Made by a program: the position numbers and the translations under genes
Part shown: positions 17,376 to 28,649 of the stretch, in pieces
Layout: each line of letters opens with the position of its first letter
Numbering within the stretch: the stretch's first letter is position 1
Notes under the pieces: model-generated
What the model saw: only the letters and a program-made list of their open reading frames with translations
The model's database searches: none
What the model was told of the DNA's origin: nothing
From: Microgenomates group bacterium GW2011_GWC1_46_15
GTDB taxonomy: Bacteria; Patescibacteriota; Microgenomatia; UBA1400; UBA12028
Assembly: GCA_001002285.1 (NCBI GenBank)
Contig: LCLX01000002.1
Coordinates: 67,827 to 131,826 of the forward strand
Direction of reading: 5' to 3'
DNA length: 64,000 nucleotides

Positions 17376-20024
17376 ATGTCCGACAACACACAAACACCAC
17401 CAGCAGATCAAACCCGCCCGGAACAGCCTGTGCATGAGCACGTGCAAACCGAGTTTGGGACCATGCGCCTGACTCCTATCATCCAGGAGATGGAGAAGTC
17501 TTACCTTGATTACGCGATGAGTGTGATCGTGGCCCGTGCCTTGCCGGACGTGCGTGATGGACTAAAGCCGGTCCACCGCCGCATTCTGTTTGCGATGCGC
17601 GAGATGGGCATTCACTGGAACTCATCGTACAAAAAGTCTGCAAGAATTGTCGGAGAAGTCTTGGGTAAGTACCACCCGCACGGGGACACCGCGGTGTATG
17701 ACGCGCTTGTTCGTCTGGCGCAGGACTTTAGCATGCGGTATCAATTGATTGATGGGCAGGGAAACTTTGGGTCTGTTGATGGCGACACCGCGGCAGCCAT
17801 GCGGTATACCGAAGCCCGTCTTTCGAAAATCAGCGAGGAACTGCTCACAGATATTGATAAAAACACCGTCGGCTTTATTGATAACTTCGACGGCTCTCAA
17901 CAGGAACCAACCGTTCTTCCCGCGAAATATCCAAACTTGCTCCTCATGGGTGCTGAGGGTATCGCGGTCGGTATGGCCACCAAGATTCCAACGCACAATA
18001 TGCGCGAGGTTTCGGATGCCGTACTCAAACTTATTCAACTTGGAAAAACCGAGGCCGTACTCAAAACAAAAGAAACTAAAGACCTTGACCTCCAAACCGC
18101 CGAACCCAAATTGTTGGCAGGCATGTTTCAGTCCGAAGCAACAATTGATGATCTCATGGAACATATTCAAGGTCCGGACTTCCCAACTGGCGGAATTATT
18201 TATGACTGGGCAGCGATTAAAGAGGGATACGCCACAGGAAAAGGAAAAGTCGTGATCCGCGCCGTTGCAGCGATCGAAGAAACCAAGAGTGGAAAGTTCC
18301 AGATCATCGTCACTCAATTACCGTATCAGGTAAATAAGGCAAAGTTGGTTGCCAAAATTGCACAGCTTGTGCGCGACAAAAAGATTATTGGCATCAGCGA
18401 TCTGCGCGATGAGTCCGACCGCGAAGGTTTGCGTGTGGTGATCGAACTCAAAAAAGATTCCAAACCAAAAGCAGTCCTCAACAACCTCTACAAACACACT
18501 GAACTGCAGACCAGCTTCCCGATGAACATGGTTGCGCTCAATGCCGAGGGCACGCCCCAACTCATGAATATTAAAACCATTTTGTTGGAGTACGTGCGGC
18601 ACCGCCAACTCGTGGTAATCCGTCGCAGCCAGTTTGAACTCAAAGCCGCCCGTGCCCGCGCACACATTTTGGAAGGTCTATTGATCGCGCTCAAACACCT
18701 CGACGATGTGATTGAAACAATCCGCAAGTCACCGGATAGTGATACCGCAAAAACCCGCCTCATGGAGAAGTTCAAGCTCTCGGAAGTCCAAGCTACCGCG
18801 ATCCTCGATATGCAACTACGCCGCCTTGCCGCACTTGAGCGCCAGAAGATCGAAGACGAATACAAGCAGATTCAGGCAGTTGTTCAAGAACTCCTCACGC
18901 TTCTTGCCAGCCCCGCAAAACTTTTGCAAGTCATTATCAAAGAAACAAAAGAGATGGCCCAACTGTATGGCGACGACCGCAAGACAAAACTGCACAAGGG
19001 GAAAATCGGCGAGTTCAGCGAGGAAGACTTGATCGCCAACGAGTCCATGATTATCACCATTACTGAAAGTGGCTATGTGAAGCGCATGAGTCCCACAATG
19101 TACCGTTCCCAGCACCGCGGTGGCGTGGGTGTAACCGGCATGACCACAAAAGAAGAAGACACCATTCGAAATATTTTGACGGCAAACACGCATGACGCCA
19201 TGCTTCTCTTTACCAACAAGGGACGGGTATTCAAAATGAAAGTCCATGAACTACCGGAAAGTAGTCGGCAGGCTAAGGGAACAAACATCGTCAACCTCGT
19301 CAACTTAACGCAGGAAGAACGCGTCCAATCAATCATTACCGTTGATGAGAAAAACACAACAAGTGGATATATCGCGCTTGCAACAAAAAATGGATTGGTT
19401 AAAAAGACAAAATTGACCGATTACCAGAATATCCGCACGAACGGTATCATCGCGATTATCTTGAAAGACGGCGATGAGTTGGTCTGGGGAAAGTACACGA
19501 CCGGGACCAACCACATCATGCTGATTACGCACTTCGGCAAGTCCATCCGCTTTACCGAAAAAGAAATCAAGTCAACCGCCCGCGATACCCAAGGCGTGCG
19601 CGCGATTACACTGCAAAAGGGCGATTACGTTGTCGGTGTTGAAGCATTCCCGCCGGAAGTCCAGACGGCAGAAGACAAACGCAAGAAAAACTTTGCACAA
19701 CTATTGCTCGTGACCGACCGCGGAATGGGAAAACGCACCGAGTTCACCGAGTATCCCGTGCAGAAACGCGCGGGGCAGGGCGTGAAAGTCGCCGAGCTCA
19801 CGCCAAAGACCGGTAACGTCGCTGGCGCACTCATGGTGGACCAGACCATTGATGAGATCGTTTTGACAACTAAGTCGGCGCAGGTGATTAAACTTCCACT
19901 CAAGAACATTCCCGTGCTCAAACGGCCAACCCAAGGTGTGATTTTGATGAGGCTGACTTCAAAAGAGGACCAGGTAGTCGCAGTTGCGACAACGAAGAAA
20001 ACGGGCGCAATAGAAGAAGAATAA
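17376..20024 (+). CDS. gyrA: DNA gyrase subunit A
   Basis: Catalytic region [10 protein letters not shown] and the YHPHGD motif. 882 aa, no intein. Confidence 0.9.
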   Translation: MSDNTQTPPADQTRPEQPVHEHVQTEFGTMRLTPIIQEMEKSYLDYAMSVIVARALPDVRDGLKPVHRRILFAMREMGIHWNSSYKKSARIVGEVLGKYHPHGDTAVYDALVRLAQDFSMRYQLIDGQGNFGSVDGDTAAAMRYTEARLSKISEELLTDIDKNTVGFIDNFDGSQQEPTVLPAKYPNLLLMGAEGIAVGMATKIPTHNMREVSDAVLKLIQLGKTEAVLKTKETKDLDLQTAEPKLLAGMFQSEATIDDLMEHIQGPDFPTGGIIYDWAAIKEGYATGKGKVVIRAVAAIEETKSGKFQIIVTQLPYQVNKAKLVAKIAQLVRDKKIIGISDLRDESDREGLRVVIELKKDSKPKAVLNNLYKHTELQTSFPMNMVALNAEGTPQLMNIKTILLEYVRHRQLVVIRRSQFELKAARARAHILEGLLIALKHLDDVIETIRKSPDSDTAKTRLMEKFKLSEVQATAILDMQLRRLAALERQKIEDEYKQIQAVVQELLTLLASPAKLLQVIIKETKEMAQLYGDDRKTKLHKGKIGEFSEEDLIANESMIITITESGYVKRMSPTMYRSQHRGGVGVTGMTTKEEDTIRNILTANTHDAMLLFTNKGRVFKMKVHELPESSRQAKGTNIVNLVNLTQEERVQSIITVDEKNTTSGYIALATKNGLVKKTKLTDYQNIRTNGIIAIILKDGDELVWGKYTTGTNHIMLITHFGKSIRFTEKEIKSTARDTQGVRAITLQKGDYVVGVEAFPPEVQTAEDKRKKNFAQLLLVTDRGMGKRTEFTEYPVQKRAGQGVKVAELTPKTGNVAGALMVDQTIDEIVLTTKSAQVIKLPLKNIPVLKRPTQGVILMRLTSKEDQVVAVATTKKTGAIEEE

Positions 20025-20111
20025 ATTGGTTTTTTGTTGATATTTCAAGCGTTTAGTGGTATAGTTTCTCCTTAATAAAAGAATAACTCGCCTGCACAAA
20101 AGAGGAGGAGT

Positions 20112-20570
20112 ATGCTGACAATTGATAATCCCAGACAAACGAGCATCGCAGAACAAGCAACGCGCAAAGAACAACTTCTCGATACAATTGAACGGAAAAT
20201 GGAGAGAATTGGAAAAACACCCCGCCACCTTTTACATCCAAAATTTGCACTTTACTATGGGGGGATATTAAACAAATATCTAAACCCCGTGAGGGAATTC
20301 ATTACGAATAGTATTCCTCAGGACTTGCAACCATTATTTAGAAACTCGATACCGCGAGAAAATGATGTCTACAGATACGTCTTGGAGCAATGGTTACGCC
20401 CAATTATTACATCTTCAGCTGAACGGCAAAGCATACTTACACGTCTCAATGTGTTGGAAGAAGGTTTGGGTAATGATATTCTCGCATATCTTGATTTGTT
20501 TAATTTTGATGACAAAGAAGATGCTTTAAAGCGGCTTTGCGCATCAATGGCAAACTATGCCTGTTCTTAA
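20112..20570 (+). CDS. Hypothetical protein
   Basis: 152-aa ORF with SD-like GAGGAGG upstream. No recognisable motif. Confidence 0.3.
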   Translation: MLTIDNPRQTSIAEQATRKEQLLDTIERKMERIGKTPRHLLHPKFALYYGGILNKYLNPVREFITNSIPQDLQPLFRNSIPRENDVYRYVLEQWLRPIITSSAERQSILTRLNVLEEGLGNDILAYLDLFNFDDKEDALKRLCASMANYACS

Positions 20571-20616
20571 TTGTCTATCCATTATTTTTCCGCTATGATG
20601 ATTCTCGGAGGTCATC

Positions 20617-21390
20617 ATGCAACCGACAAAATCTCTCTTCTTCACCGGTGTTTTGCTTCTTTTTGGTATCTTTCTCGCCTTCACTGGCCTCGTTCTTCTT
20701 TCCCGCATCATTGGCCCTTTGCCGTTTGCGATCACACAAACAACTACAACCAAACAATCTACGTTTGATGTTTCTGGCGAGGGAAAAGTGACGACAGCTC
20801 CAGATAAAGGCGTTATGTCACTTGGTGTGACAGTAAACGAAAGCACTGTGAAGCAGGCGCAGGATAAAGCCAACACTATTATCAACGCTGTCACCGCGGC
20901 GCTTGGTAAACTCGGCATCGAGAAAAAGGACATTCAAACAGATAACTACTCACTGTATCCCAACTATGATTACCAAGCTGGCGGACAAAAAATTACTGGA
21001 TACCAAGTGAACGCAACATTAACGGTCAGCGTCACAGACTTTGCAAAACTGAATCAGGCGATTGATGCCGCAACGCAAGCCGGCGCAAATCAGGTTGGCG
21101 GTGTATCGTTCACGCTTACCGATGACAAGAAAAAAGATGTTGAAGATCAGGCACGCAAACTTGCGATTGATCATGCGAAAGAAAAAGCAGGGTCACTCGC
21201 CAAACTTGCGGGTATGCGGCTTGGGAGAATTGTGAACGTCGTGGAACAACCGGCAAGTCGCCCCTATCCCGTTCTGCTTAAGTCGGCTGGAGGAGGTCTT
21301 GGCGGTGGACCAGAATCAAAGACAACAAACATCGAGCCAGGCTCAACAACGTATCAATACACCGTTACGCTCAGTTACGAAACGTTCTAA
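20617..21390 (+). CDS. SIMPL/DUF541-family secreted protein (YggE-like)
   Basis: N-terminal TM/signal. Domain pattern (..LGVTV.....A.......A..A....L......D..T..YS..P.Y...) is typical of the SIMPL family. Confidence 0.55.
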   Translation: MQPTKSLFFTGVLLLFGIFLAFTGLVLLSRIIGPLPFAITQTTTTKQSTFDVSGEGKVTTAPDKGVMSLGVTVNESTVKQAQDKANTIINAVTAALGKLGIEKKDIQTDNYSLYPNYDYQAGGQKITGYQVNATLTVSVTDFAKLNQAIDAATQAGANQVGGVSFTLTDDKKKDVEDQARKLAIDHAKEKAGSLAKLAGMRLGRIVNVVEQPASRPYPVLLKSAGGGLGGGPESKTTNIEPGSTTYQYTVTLSYETF

Positions 21391-21396
21391 ACCAGT

Positions 21397-23139
21397 ATGG
21401 TAACTATGGGAAAGTGCTTTCTCTTTAGTGTTTTTGCTTGTTTTACCGTGTTATTTTTTATCCACACACAAACAGCGCGGGTAAACGCTTTTCAACTCAC
21501 TACCGATCCACAATACGTTGTCATGAATTTTTCCGAGATCAATGAACTCAACTGGGCGGCGCCGGAAAACGAATGGCAAACAAACATTAAGCCGATTATT
21601 TTGAAGCAACTTGATGAGTTTCAACACGCTCTGCCACGCGGAACTACTCAGCGTAAACTTGCGTGGAGCACGCTGGAAGAGTACATGAATATGCCGATGG
21701 ATGCGCCGTCACAAACATCGGTGTACGCAATTAAGATGCGGCGTATTCTCGACATTGCTGAAGAAACGAACCTTCCTGTGTTCCTACCGCTCAACGGCTT
21801 TCAGTGGTGGGATGAACTACCAGAACTCTACAACTGGTGGGACTCCGACGGCACACACACGCCAGACTCGTTTTTCGCGCGCCAACGTACACCCGATTTC
21901 AAACAGCGGTTTATCGCCGGGTACAATCCTGATAACATCTGGAATGTTGAGTGGAGTTCACCCACAACGCCGATGAAGTTAAACTGGCGGAACTGGGGCG
22001 GTGGCGGATTTCGACTCGCGCCTCCGCCAAATCTTGCACAATCTCCGCGTTCAAACACACAACGCGCGTACCGGTCTGTGCTCGATGCACGATTTACCAT
22101 TTTGATGCAAACGCTCGCGGACCGGCTCAAAAAATGGGAACAAGAAGGAAAACACGAGTTGTTTGCTGGCATCACAATCGGGACCGAGATTTCATTGAAC
22201 GCTTCCGCGACACCCGCCGATGAGTTTCAGCCGTACGGGTTCCGGTCAACACAGGACCTGGCCTGTCCGCCAAACACACCAAAGTGTTTTTCTTCAACAC
22301 CACCCACCAAAACTCAAATGAGTGCGTTGCGCCAACACGCTATTGAAAAATACTTCCAAAATCTCATTACCATTGCACAAAAACAGGGTATTCCAAAACA
22401 GCGCATCTACACACACGTCTGGAGCGAGGCAACGCCGAACGATAAACGGTACGAAAATTACGCGGCCGCGGCATTTTCGCTGTACGCGCGCCCCGGAATG
22501 AGTTTTTACGGATATGCTGAGGATCCATGGGCGTTGCCGGTATGGAACACTTCTGCTAAACAAAACGGCTTCCCGTTGTGGGGCGCTGTTGAGTACTCTG
22601 CGCCAAAAACGTTGGAAGTATGGCGCCGCGGGATTGCGAACACGCTTGACGCGGAACATCCTGCCAAACTGCTCGTCATCTATAACTGGACCGAGCATAA
22701 AGATACGCCGGCGATGCAGGCGCTCACCGAAGCGCTCACCCGTGAACCAACACAGCCAGCCTGCACCATTCCCGAGCTCATTAATCCACATATCACACAA
22801 GAGCAGGCACTCACTTGGCAGATTCTTCCGGCCGACTGGCAAGCGCGGTTTTCTCCATCACTTACTCTGCACGTTCAACGCGGACTCATTGCACAAAAAA
22901 GCGCGACCGACTCCGCGACGCTCGCACTTGAGCCCACGGCAACCACCACCAGTATTCCTCCACTTAAGCCGGGCGTGTACTCGTGGTATGTGGATCTGCG
23001 CGGATGCGGGAACACTGTCCAGCGCACATCCCAACCACAACGGTATGTCCAAGAACTTCACCTTCCGCCGGAACGCATCCCATGGTGGGTCCGCATATAC
23101 TTCACTCTTTTTGAAAAACAGTTCGCGCCAACAGAATAA
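21397..23139 (+). CDS. Hypothetical secreted Trp-rich protein
   Basis: 580 aa with an N-terminal signal-like hydrophobic segment. Many W/Y/N-rich segments. No motif I can assign. Confidence 0.4.
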   Translation: MVTMGKCFLFSVFACFTVLFFIHTQTARVNAFQLTTDPQYVVMNFSEINELNWAAPENEWQTNIKPIILKQLDEFQHALPRGTTQRKLAWSTLEEYMNMPMDAPSQTSVYAIKMRRILDIAEETNLPVFLPLNGFQWWDELPELYNWWDSDGTHTPDSFFARQRTPDFKQRFIAGYNPDNIWNVEWSSPTTPMKLNWRNWGGGGFRLAPPPNLAQSPRSNTQRAYRSVLDARFTILMQTLADRLKKWEQEGKHELFAGITIGTEISLNASATPADEFQPYGFRSTQDLACPPNTPKCFSSTPPTKTQMSALRQHAIEKYFQNLITIAQKQGIPKQRIYTHVWSEATPNDKRYENYAAAAFSLYARPGMSFYGYAEDPWALPVWNTSAKQNGFPLWGAVEYSAPKTLEVWRRGIANTLDAEHPAKLLVIYNWTEHKDTPAMQALTEALTREPTQPACTIPELINPHITQEQALTWQILPADWQARFSPSLTLHVQRGLIAQKSATDSATLALEPTATTTSIPPLKPGVYSWYVDLRGCGNTVQRTSQPQRYVQELHLPPERIPWWVRIYFTLFEKQFAPTE

Positions 23140-23164
23140 CCCGCACCATAATGCGCAAAATAAA

Positions 23165-24097
23165 CTATCCTGAGTGAAACTTGTCGTACGCTTTCTTGAG
23201 TTCCTGCCGCGTTACGTGAGTATAGATCTGCGTTGTAGAAATATTTTTGTGCCCCAGCATCTCCTGAACATCACGCAGGCCAGCGCCGTTAATTAATAAG
23301 TCCGTCGCAAATGAGTGCCGGATTCCGTGGGGCGAGATCTTCACCGGCAGGTGCGCTTTGCGGCAGTACTTATCCACAATCCGCTGAACCGACCGCACCG
23401 TAAGCCGCATTTCCGCACCGTCGCTCGTGATATCAGCTTTCCCTCTGCTATACCGGATATACAACGGCTTCCAGTTGTCATCACGCTCAGTGAGATATCT
23501 TTCGACCCATTTCACCGCGCTCGCGCTTAAAAACACCACGCGCGGTTTTCTTCCTTTTCCAATCACACCAAACTCGCGCCTATCTAGGTCAATCTGTTCA
23601 CGATTGAGTGAAACTAGCTCACTTACACGCAAACCAGTACTAAAGAGTACTTCTAGTATCGCTTTGTCGCGCAACCCCGTGGTAGAGCTGGGCAGGGGCT
23701 GGGAAAGCAGTCGTTCAATCTGCTCGGTATTGAGAAACTTGAGTGACTGCGACTCTCCTTTAGGCAAGTCGATTTTTTCCGGCGCGAGCACCTCAATATC
23801 CCGCTTGATAAGCCACTTAAAAAACGATCGGAGCGCGATGATGTGGTAACTCTGGGTTGTACGGGATAACGTTTGCTTTTCCGTGTTCACAAACCGGGAA
23901 AGAAACACGCGGTACTTCTTGAGATGGTCCAGTGTAAAGTTCCGGATATCTTGAATGCCGTTTGCCCCTAGCCATTGGACGAACCGCCGGAGATAATGGT
24001 CGTAGTTGCGGATGGTCAGCTTACTGAGGTTCCGTTCGATGTCCAAATGCTCTAAAAACTCGGTTGCTTGATACGAAGTGGTCGCTGTTTCATCCAT
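23165..24097 (-). CDS. Tyrosine recombinase, XerC/XerD family
   Basis: N-terminal core-binding domain. C-terminal catalytic HGIRHSFATDLL...LGHKNISTTQIYTHV with the R-H-R-Y residues in place. Confidence 0.75.
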   Translation of the reverse strand: MDETATTSYQATEFLEHLDIERNLSKLTIRNYDHYLRRFVQWLGANGIQDIRNFTLDHLKKYRVFLSRFVNTEKQTLSRTTQSYHIIALRSFFKWLIKRDIEVLAPEKIDLPKGESQSLKFLNTEQIERLLSQPLPSSTTGLRDKAILEVLFSTGLRVSELVSLNREQIDLDRREFGVIGKGRKPRVVFLSASAVKWVERYLTERDDNWKPLYIRYSRGKADITSDGAEMRLTVRSVQRIVDKYCRKAHLPVKISPHGIRHSFATDLLINGAGLRDVQEMLGHKNISTTQIYTHVTRQELKKAYDKFHSG

Positions 24098-24560
24098 ATA
24101 TGCTCCCTTTTTGCCCAAAAATGGGGGGTAGGCGGTCAACTTCGTTCAGAGGCAGAGAAACTAGCACTCCTACTCCGAGAGTGCCAATACCCAAAGAAAT
24201 TGCAAAAGATTGATTTATCAGTCTATTTAGACTACCCACTTGAAGGAAGGGGAGCGAAAAATACAGCTGAAAAAGTCGTGTGTATCGGCGCAGTATCTTT
24301 GCGTATTGTGACGATAGAAAATAGGGTAGTGTAAACATCACGGTTAGCATAACAAAGGAGGGGAGTGGTGTCAAGATTTCACGACATAGGGAAGTGATTT
24401 TACGACATACAAAACTCGATATTATCCTTTCTTCATACATTTCTATGTTTCTTTCTATGAGAATACACAATTTATATTGTGCGACATTACATAGGATAAA
24501 ACGACATATGGAGAAGCTGAGTTTCCATGCATCTTTTCTCCAAGTCCGCCTCATGTCATA

Positions 24561-25493
24561 ATGATTCTTATGCACGCATGGAAGCCTGGAATTAAAGTTG
24601 GACCGCAGAATTATCAAGAAAATCTTGGGCGTTCTCACGCGAAATATTGTGAGGTGTGGTACCGCGTAGACCGCGAAGGCGAGTATACCGATATGTTTTC
24701 GTACCTCCAGGAACATGGTATCCACGCAGGCCTCCATTTTTGGGCGATGCTACAAGATAAAATTGCGCCAAATCTCGCATACCCCGACGAAAAAATTTGG
24801 AAACCGTCGCTTGAACTCATGCAAAAAAATCTTGAGATCGCGGCAAAACACCATCACGCATATGTGAACATTCATGTCGGCAATGCTGCACTTGAAAAAA
24901 TGGATCTCGACCGCCACAAATCAATGCCTATAGAGCACACCGTTGTTGATTACCATTTGGCGGAACGCACCGCGGAAAAAAATATCCTTACGCTCCAAAC
25001 ATATGCTAAAAAACTCGGTGTTCTGTTGATTATTGAAACAGTCCCGCCGTATGACCCGGAAGGTTGGGATAGTGACCAAAATCCAAACGCCCGCCTCCAT
25101 GCGCACGCAACACATGCCTTGAGCAATGTCTTTGTTGAACACCTCGGCAAGGATCTCGGCATTGCAATCAACAATGACATCTCACACACCGCCGCAGAGC
25201 TTATTACGAATGACCGGGAAAAGCTCTGGAAGTATCTGTACGCGCGGACTGTTGCGCTTGCGCCATACACCAAGCTTATCCACGCCAACACGATGGCTGA
25301 ACCATTCAACGGAACCGACAGCCACGACGGAATTTTGGATAGTGACTTCGCGCACAACGTTTTTCCATCAAAGTTACAGTTCGAAAAATTGCTTTCTGTA
25401 TTTCAATCACACGACGATGTGTGGATCGTAAATGAACCACAGCGTGACCACGTAGAAAACTACAACGCGTTGGTTGCGTTCAACACGTCATAA
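24561..25493 (+). CDS. Hypothetical protein, possibly a xylose-isomerase-like TIM-barrel (sugar phosphate isomerase/epimerase family)
   Basis: 310 aa with interspersed His/Glu/Asp-rich segments (IHANTMAEPFNGTDSHDG) resembling that fold. Weak. Flanked by AT-rich noncoding DNA. Confidence 0.3.
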   Translation: MILMHAWKPGIKVGPQNYQENLGRSHAKYCEVWYRVDREGEYTDMFSYLQEHGIHAGLHFWAMLQDKIAPNLAYPDEKIWKPSLELMQKNLEIAAKHHHAYVNIHVGNAALEKMDLDRHKSMPIEHTVVDYHLAERTAEKNILTLQTYAKKLGVLLIIETVPPYDPEGWDSDQNPNARLHAHATHALSNVFVEHLGKDLGIAINNDISHTAAELITNDREKLWKYLYARTVALAPYTKLIHANTMAEPFNGTDSHDGILDSDFAHNVFPSKLQFEKLLSVFQSHDDVWIVNEPQRDHVENYNALVAFNTS

Positions 25494-26400
25494 ACTGCAC
25501 GGGGTTCACGCGCAATATCACAGTTTTAGCCTGGTGCTCTTGGCAAAGACCTCGTCTGATGCCTGTTTTTCGGCATATCAGTATTGAGGGTAGACATGGG
25601 GCCGTCTTTCCAGATACCCACAGTGGATGTGTTCGTGTTTTCTTATCGAATATTTCCGCAATTCTGTTGAAATATGAAAAATCTTTCGGGTTACTATACA
25701 AATCGCAGATAAGACGATGGGTATACAAAGAGGGAACACAAGAATTCGGAGAAATACACCTGAATAGAGGATATAAACTATTAGGCGGGGATACCGCATA
25801 CCAATATGCGCCTATAGAGTACTTCTCCGGTGATTTTGGTTTAGTGTCGCAAAAGTATTATTGTGCGACATAGTGGGGATATGACACCCCGCCGTAGAGA
25901 GCCTCTCATAGCCCCAAACCACAATTCGGGGAAGAAGAAGGTCTATTCCACCATCACTCACTCCCCGAAAGATGTGTGCGCGTTCATATATACGGCACAA
26001 TAGAGGTTTTCCTTGGCACCCTCCAGTGCCAAACCAACCGCCTGGTGTGCCAAAGAGGCCTTCGGGTTTTTTCTGCGTTTCCTCTCCTCTTGAGATACGT
26101 ATCTGAAAAAGTTATCCACACCTTGTTATTTTATGTTTGAAATTAGCGCTCTTTATCAATCCTTTTTTGATTGTTTACTCGAGTCGCACTCATGAATGTA
26201 CACTGCCACCGCTTCCCGTTCATATCGTGAAAAGTATCCTATAATTATCATGAAAACAATTATATCAAACTATATCATTCCCTCTGGTAGACACCCATGG
26301 AACTACCCCGCTCCTCTTCCCTGCTTCCCTAGCTCTGTTTTTTATTCCCGCATCGAGGAAACGCCTTTTCTTCCCATACAAAAAATATTAATGAAGAATA

Positions 26401-27168
26401 TTATTTCCATGGCATGAGGAGGAAGAACATCAGTGTCATGACTACCCAAACCGCCCCATACTCCCACACCGCATTCTGGAATAACCGGCCCGATAATTTT
26501 GTCGTCAACAATCCTAAAAGGACGTACATATCGCTCACAATATAAAGCGATGCCATCCAAATTGTTACCGGAAAAAATGAAAGAATGACAGCTGTTTCTC
26601 CAAGGAGAATAGCAACAACAACAGCCATCCACACAACTTCTTTTTCGAGTTTTTGGTGCAACTCAATCGACCATAACGAAAGCAATGAAATGGGAAACGC
26701 GATGAACGCGATTCCAATCCCATTAACCCAAAACGGCGTGTGGAATGAAAGCACCGCATCGGTAAGAAAAAGCGTGATGAGGAGGGAGAATAGGATTCCT
26801 ATAGTGTGTGCCGCGCGCAAAAGCTGAATGGTGCGAGCCTTCGCAACTGTATAAATATTTGCCGTGAGATATAACGCGTACATACCAATACCAAACACTC
26901 CAAGAACAGCAATCCTGCTCCATATATTTTCTGGCAAAAGAAAGTAGAACAGCGCGACAGATAAGGCATAAAAACCAGGCAGAGGGACAACGGTCAGCCA
27001 CTCAACGCCATTCAAATCCTCAAACAGTGCCCAAGCTGAAACTGCGTACGTTACGAAAAAAAACAATGCGATCGCGAGAATACGAAAGTCCAGCGGAACA
27101 TACTGGGTTGCCAACAATCCAATTGCTAACACAATCGAACTCAGGAGAAACTTTGCGCGCCTTCTCAT
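26401..27168 (-). CDS. Polytopic membrane protein, hypothetical
   Basis: 255 aa with about 8 predicted TM helices. Its start overlaps the yebC stop. Confidence 0.4.
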   Translation of the reverse strand: MRRRAKFLLSSIVLAIGLLATQYVPLDFRILAIALFFFVTYAVSAWALFEDLNGVEWLTVVPLPGFYALSVALFYFLLPENIWSRIAVLGVFGIGMYALYLTANIYTVAKARTIQLLRAAHTIGILFSLLITLFLTDAVLSFHTPFWVNGIGIAFIAFPISLLSLWSIELHQKLEKEVVWMAVVVAILLGETAVILSFFPVTIWMASLYIVSDMYVLLGLLTTKLSGRLFQNAVWEYGAVWVVMTLMFFLLMPWK

Positions 27169-27743
27169 GTGCTCCCCACACTTTCCTCTTCTTCGGCAGG
27201 AAAGATTGCGTTCATATACACCGCCTCAACATCATCGTGTGTCTCCAACTCGTGCAGAAGACTACGAGTTGCTTCGAGTACTTCGGGATCGGCTATATCG
27301 AGGGGAACTGCAACAGTGTACTCCCCGCCTTCGCGACGGAAAAGATACATCGTTGAACCAGGACTACCCAATGAACCACCGTGTGTGTCAAAAAGATGTC
27401 GAATCTCTGCGCCAGACCGCAATTTATTATCTGTCCGCACAACAACCAAAAATCCAACGCCGCCATGGCCATACCCCTCGTACACAATCTCTTCCAACGC
27501 ACCGCCTTCCCCTTTCCCAAGGCCACGGTGAATCGCGCGCTGGACATTTTCATTGGGCATGTTGGCCTGTCGCGCTTTTTCAATCGCCATCCGCAGGCTT
27601 GGGTTGTCGTTGGGATCTCCAACTCCAGTACTACGCGCAGCTATCGCAATATTCTTTGCTAATTGAGTAAATGCTTTACTCTTACGGTTATCTTCCGCGG
27701 CTTTCTTATTTTTAATGTTGTTCCACTTAGAATGTCCTGACAT
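27165..27743 (-). CDS. yebC: YebC/PmpR-family transcriptional regulatory protein
   Basis: MSGHSKWNNIKNKK...RMAIEKARQANMPNENVQRAI is highly characteristic. Start taken at MSGHSKW. Confidence 0.8.
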   Translation of the reverse strand: MSGHSKWNNIKNKKAAEDNRKSKAFTQLAKNIAIAARSTGVGDPNDNPSLRMAIEKARQANMPNENVQRAIHRGLGKGEGGALEEIVYEGYGHGGVGFLVVVRTDNKLRSGAEIRHLFDTHGGSLGSPGSTMYLFRREGGEYTVAVPLDIADPEVLEATRSLLHELETHDDVEAVYMNAIFPAEEEESVGST

Positions 27744-27879
27744 ATACGGGTATTGTAGCACGCAACCTGCCGAAGATTTACATAAGAAAAACTTGAGGAA
27801 AAATGACCTTCGGAAAAACAAAAAAATAAAATCATCGCTTGACTTTGGCGAGGGTTTTGTTTACTCTCTGTAGATTCAG

Positions 27880-28641
27880 ATGAATACATTACTCTCCCTC
27901 CAAGAACACGCCATCCGCTCCGCTCAGGAGAACAAGTGGAAAGACGCAATCTCCACAAATCTCTCTATTCTTGATCAAGACGCGTACGACGTTTCCGCGC
28001 TCAACCGGCTTGGCTTTTGCTACATCCAAACAGCAAACCCCAAGAAAGCGAAAGATACGTATGAACGCGTGATAAAAATCGACAAGTACAATCCCATCGC
28101 AAAAAAATACCTCAACTTGCTTGGGTTAACAAAGCACGTTCCCGTTGGAGGCGCGATGATTAGTACGGAGATTTTTATCGAAGAACCGGGGAAAACAAAA
28201 ACTGCCCAACTCTGCCGGCTGGCCGATATGACCGTGCTGGCGGCAACGCCAATTGGAACATCGTGCGTTCTTATCGTTAAAGAGCACCGTATTGCTGTTG
28301 AAACAGACAAGGGTGTGTACCTTGGTTCCCTTTCCGATGACTTTTCGCATCACCTCGCAAAACTCCTTAAGGGAGGAAATACATATAAAACGGTGGTAAA
28401 GGCGGTCAATAAAAATATGTGCTCTGTATTTATCCGCGAACTCTCGCGGGCAAAAAAGCTCGCGTACACGTCGTCATTCCCGTTGTTTTCAAACCATCAG
28501 CCGCAAGTGGCTCCAGGTTTGCATGATGAACTCTTGATCGAACAGGACCCGCTCGATCTTTCCGAAACAGGTCAAAACGATGATGATGTTCCCGAAGACC
28601 TCGTCCAGCGCATGGATGAAGATGGCGGCGAACGATCGTAG
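27880..28641 (+). CDS. Hypothetical protein, TPR-like N-terminus and acidic C-terminus
   Basis: Helical repeat-like N-terminal part. C-terminal DDDVPEDLVQRMDEDGGE. Confidence 0.35.
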   Translation: MNTLLSLQEHAIRSAQENKWKDAISTNLSILDQDAYDVSALNRLGFCYIQTANPKKAKDTYERVIKIDKYNPIAKKYLNLLGLTKHVPVGGAMISTEIFIEEPGKTKTAQLCRLADMTVLAATPIGTSCVLIVKEHRIAVETDKGVYLGSLSDDFSHHLAKLLKGGNTYKTVVKAVNKNMCSVFIRELSRAKKLAYTSSFPLFSNHQPQVAPGLHDELLIEQDPLDLSETGQNDDDVPEDLVQRMDEDGGERS

Positions 28642-28649
28642 GAAAACGC

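Noticed and set aside
16845-17447. Several minus-strand ORFs (for example 17115..17447, 17153..17335, 17071..17262) overlapping the ppa 3' end
   Set aside because: They are antisense to the GAG/TGC-rich repeat encoding the Ppa Cys-rich tail, which generates long open frames by composition. They have no independent support.
24370-24515. A short cluster of ACGACATA-like repeats, considered as a possible CRISPR array
   Set aside because: The repeats are only about 8-10 nt, irregularly spaced and not separated by unique spacers of constant length. No cas genes are in the window.
24475-25871. Calling the 13-bp direct repeat TATTGTGCGACAT a definite attL/attR pair
   Set aside because: Several chance 13-mer repeats are expected in a 64-kb sequence. 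It is kept only as a soft observation because both copies lie in AT-rich noncoding DNA flanking one gene next to a recombinase.
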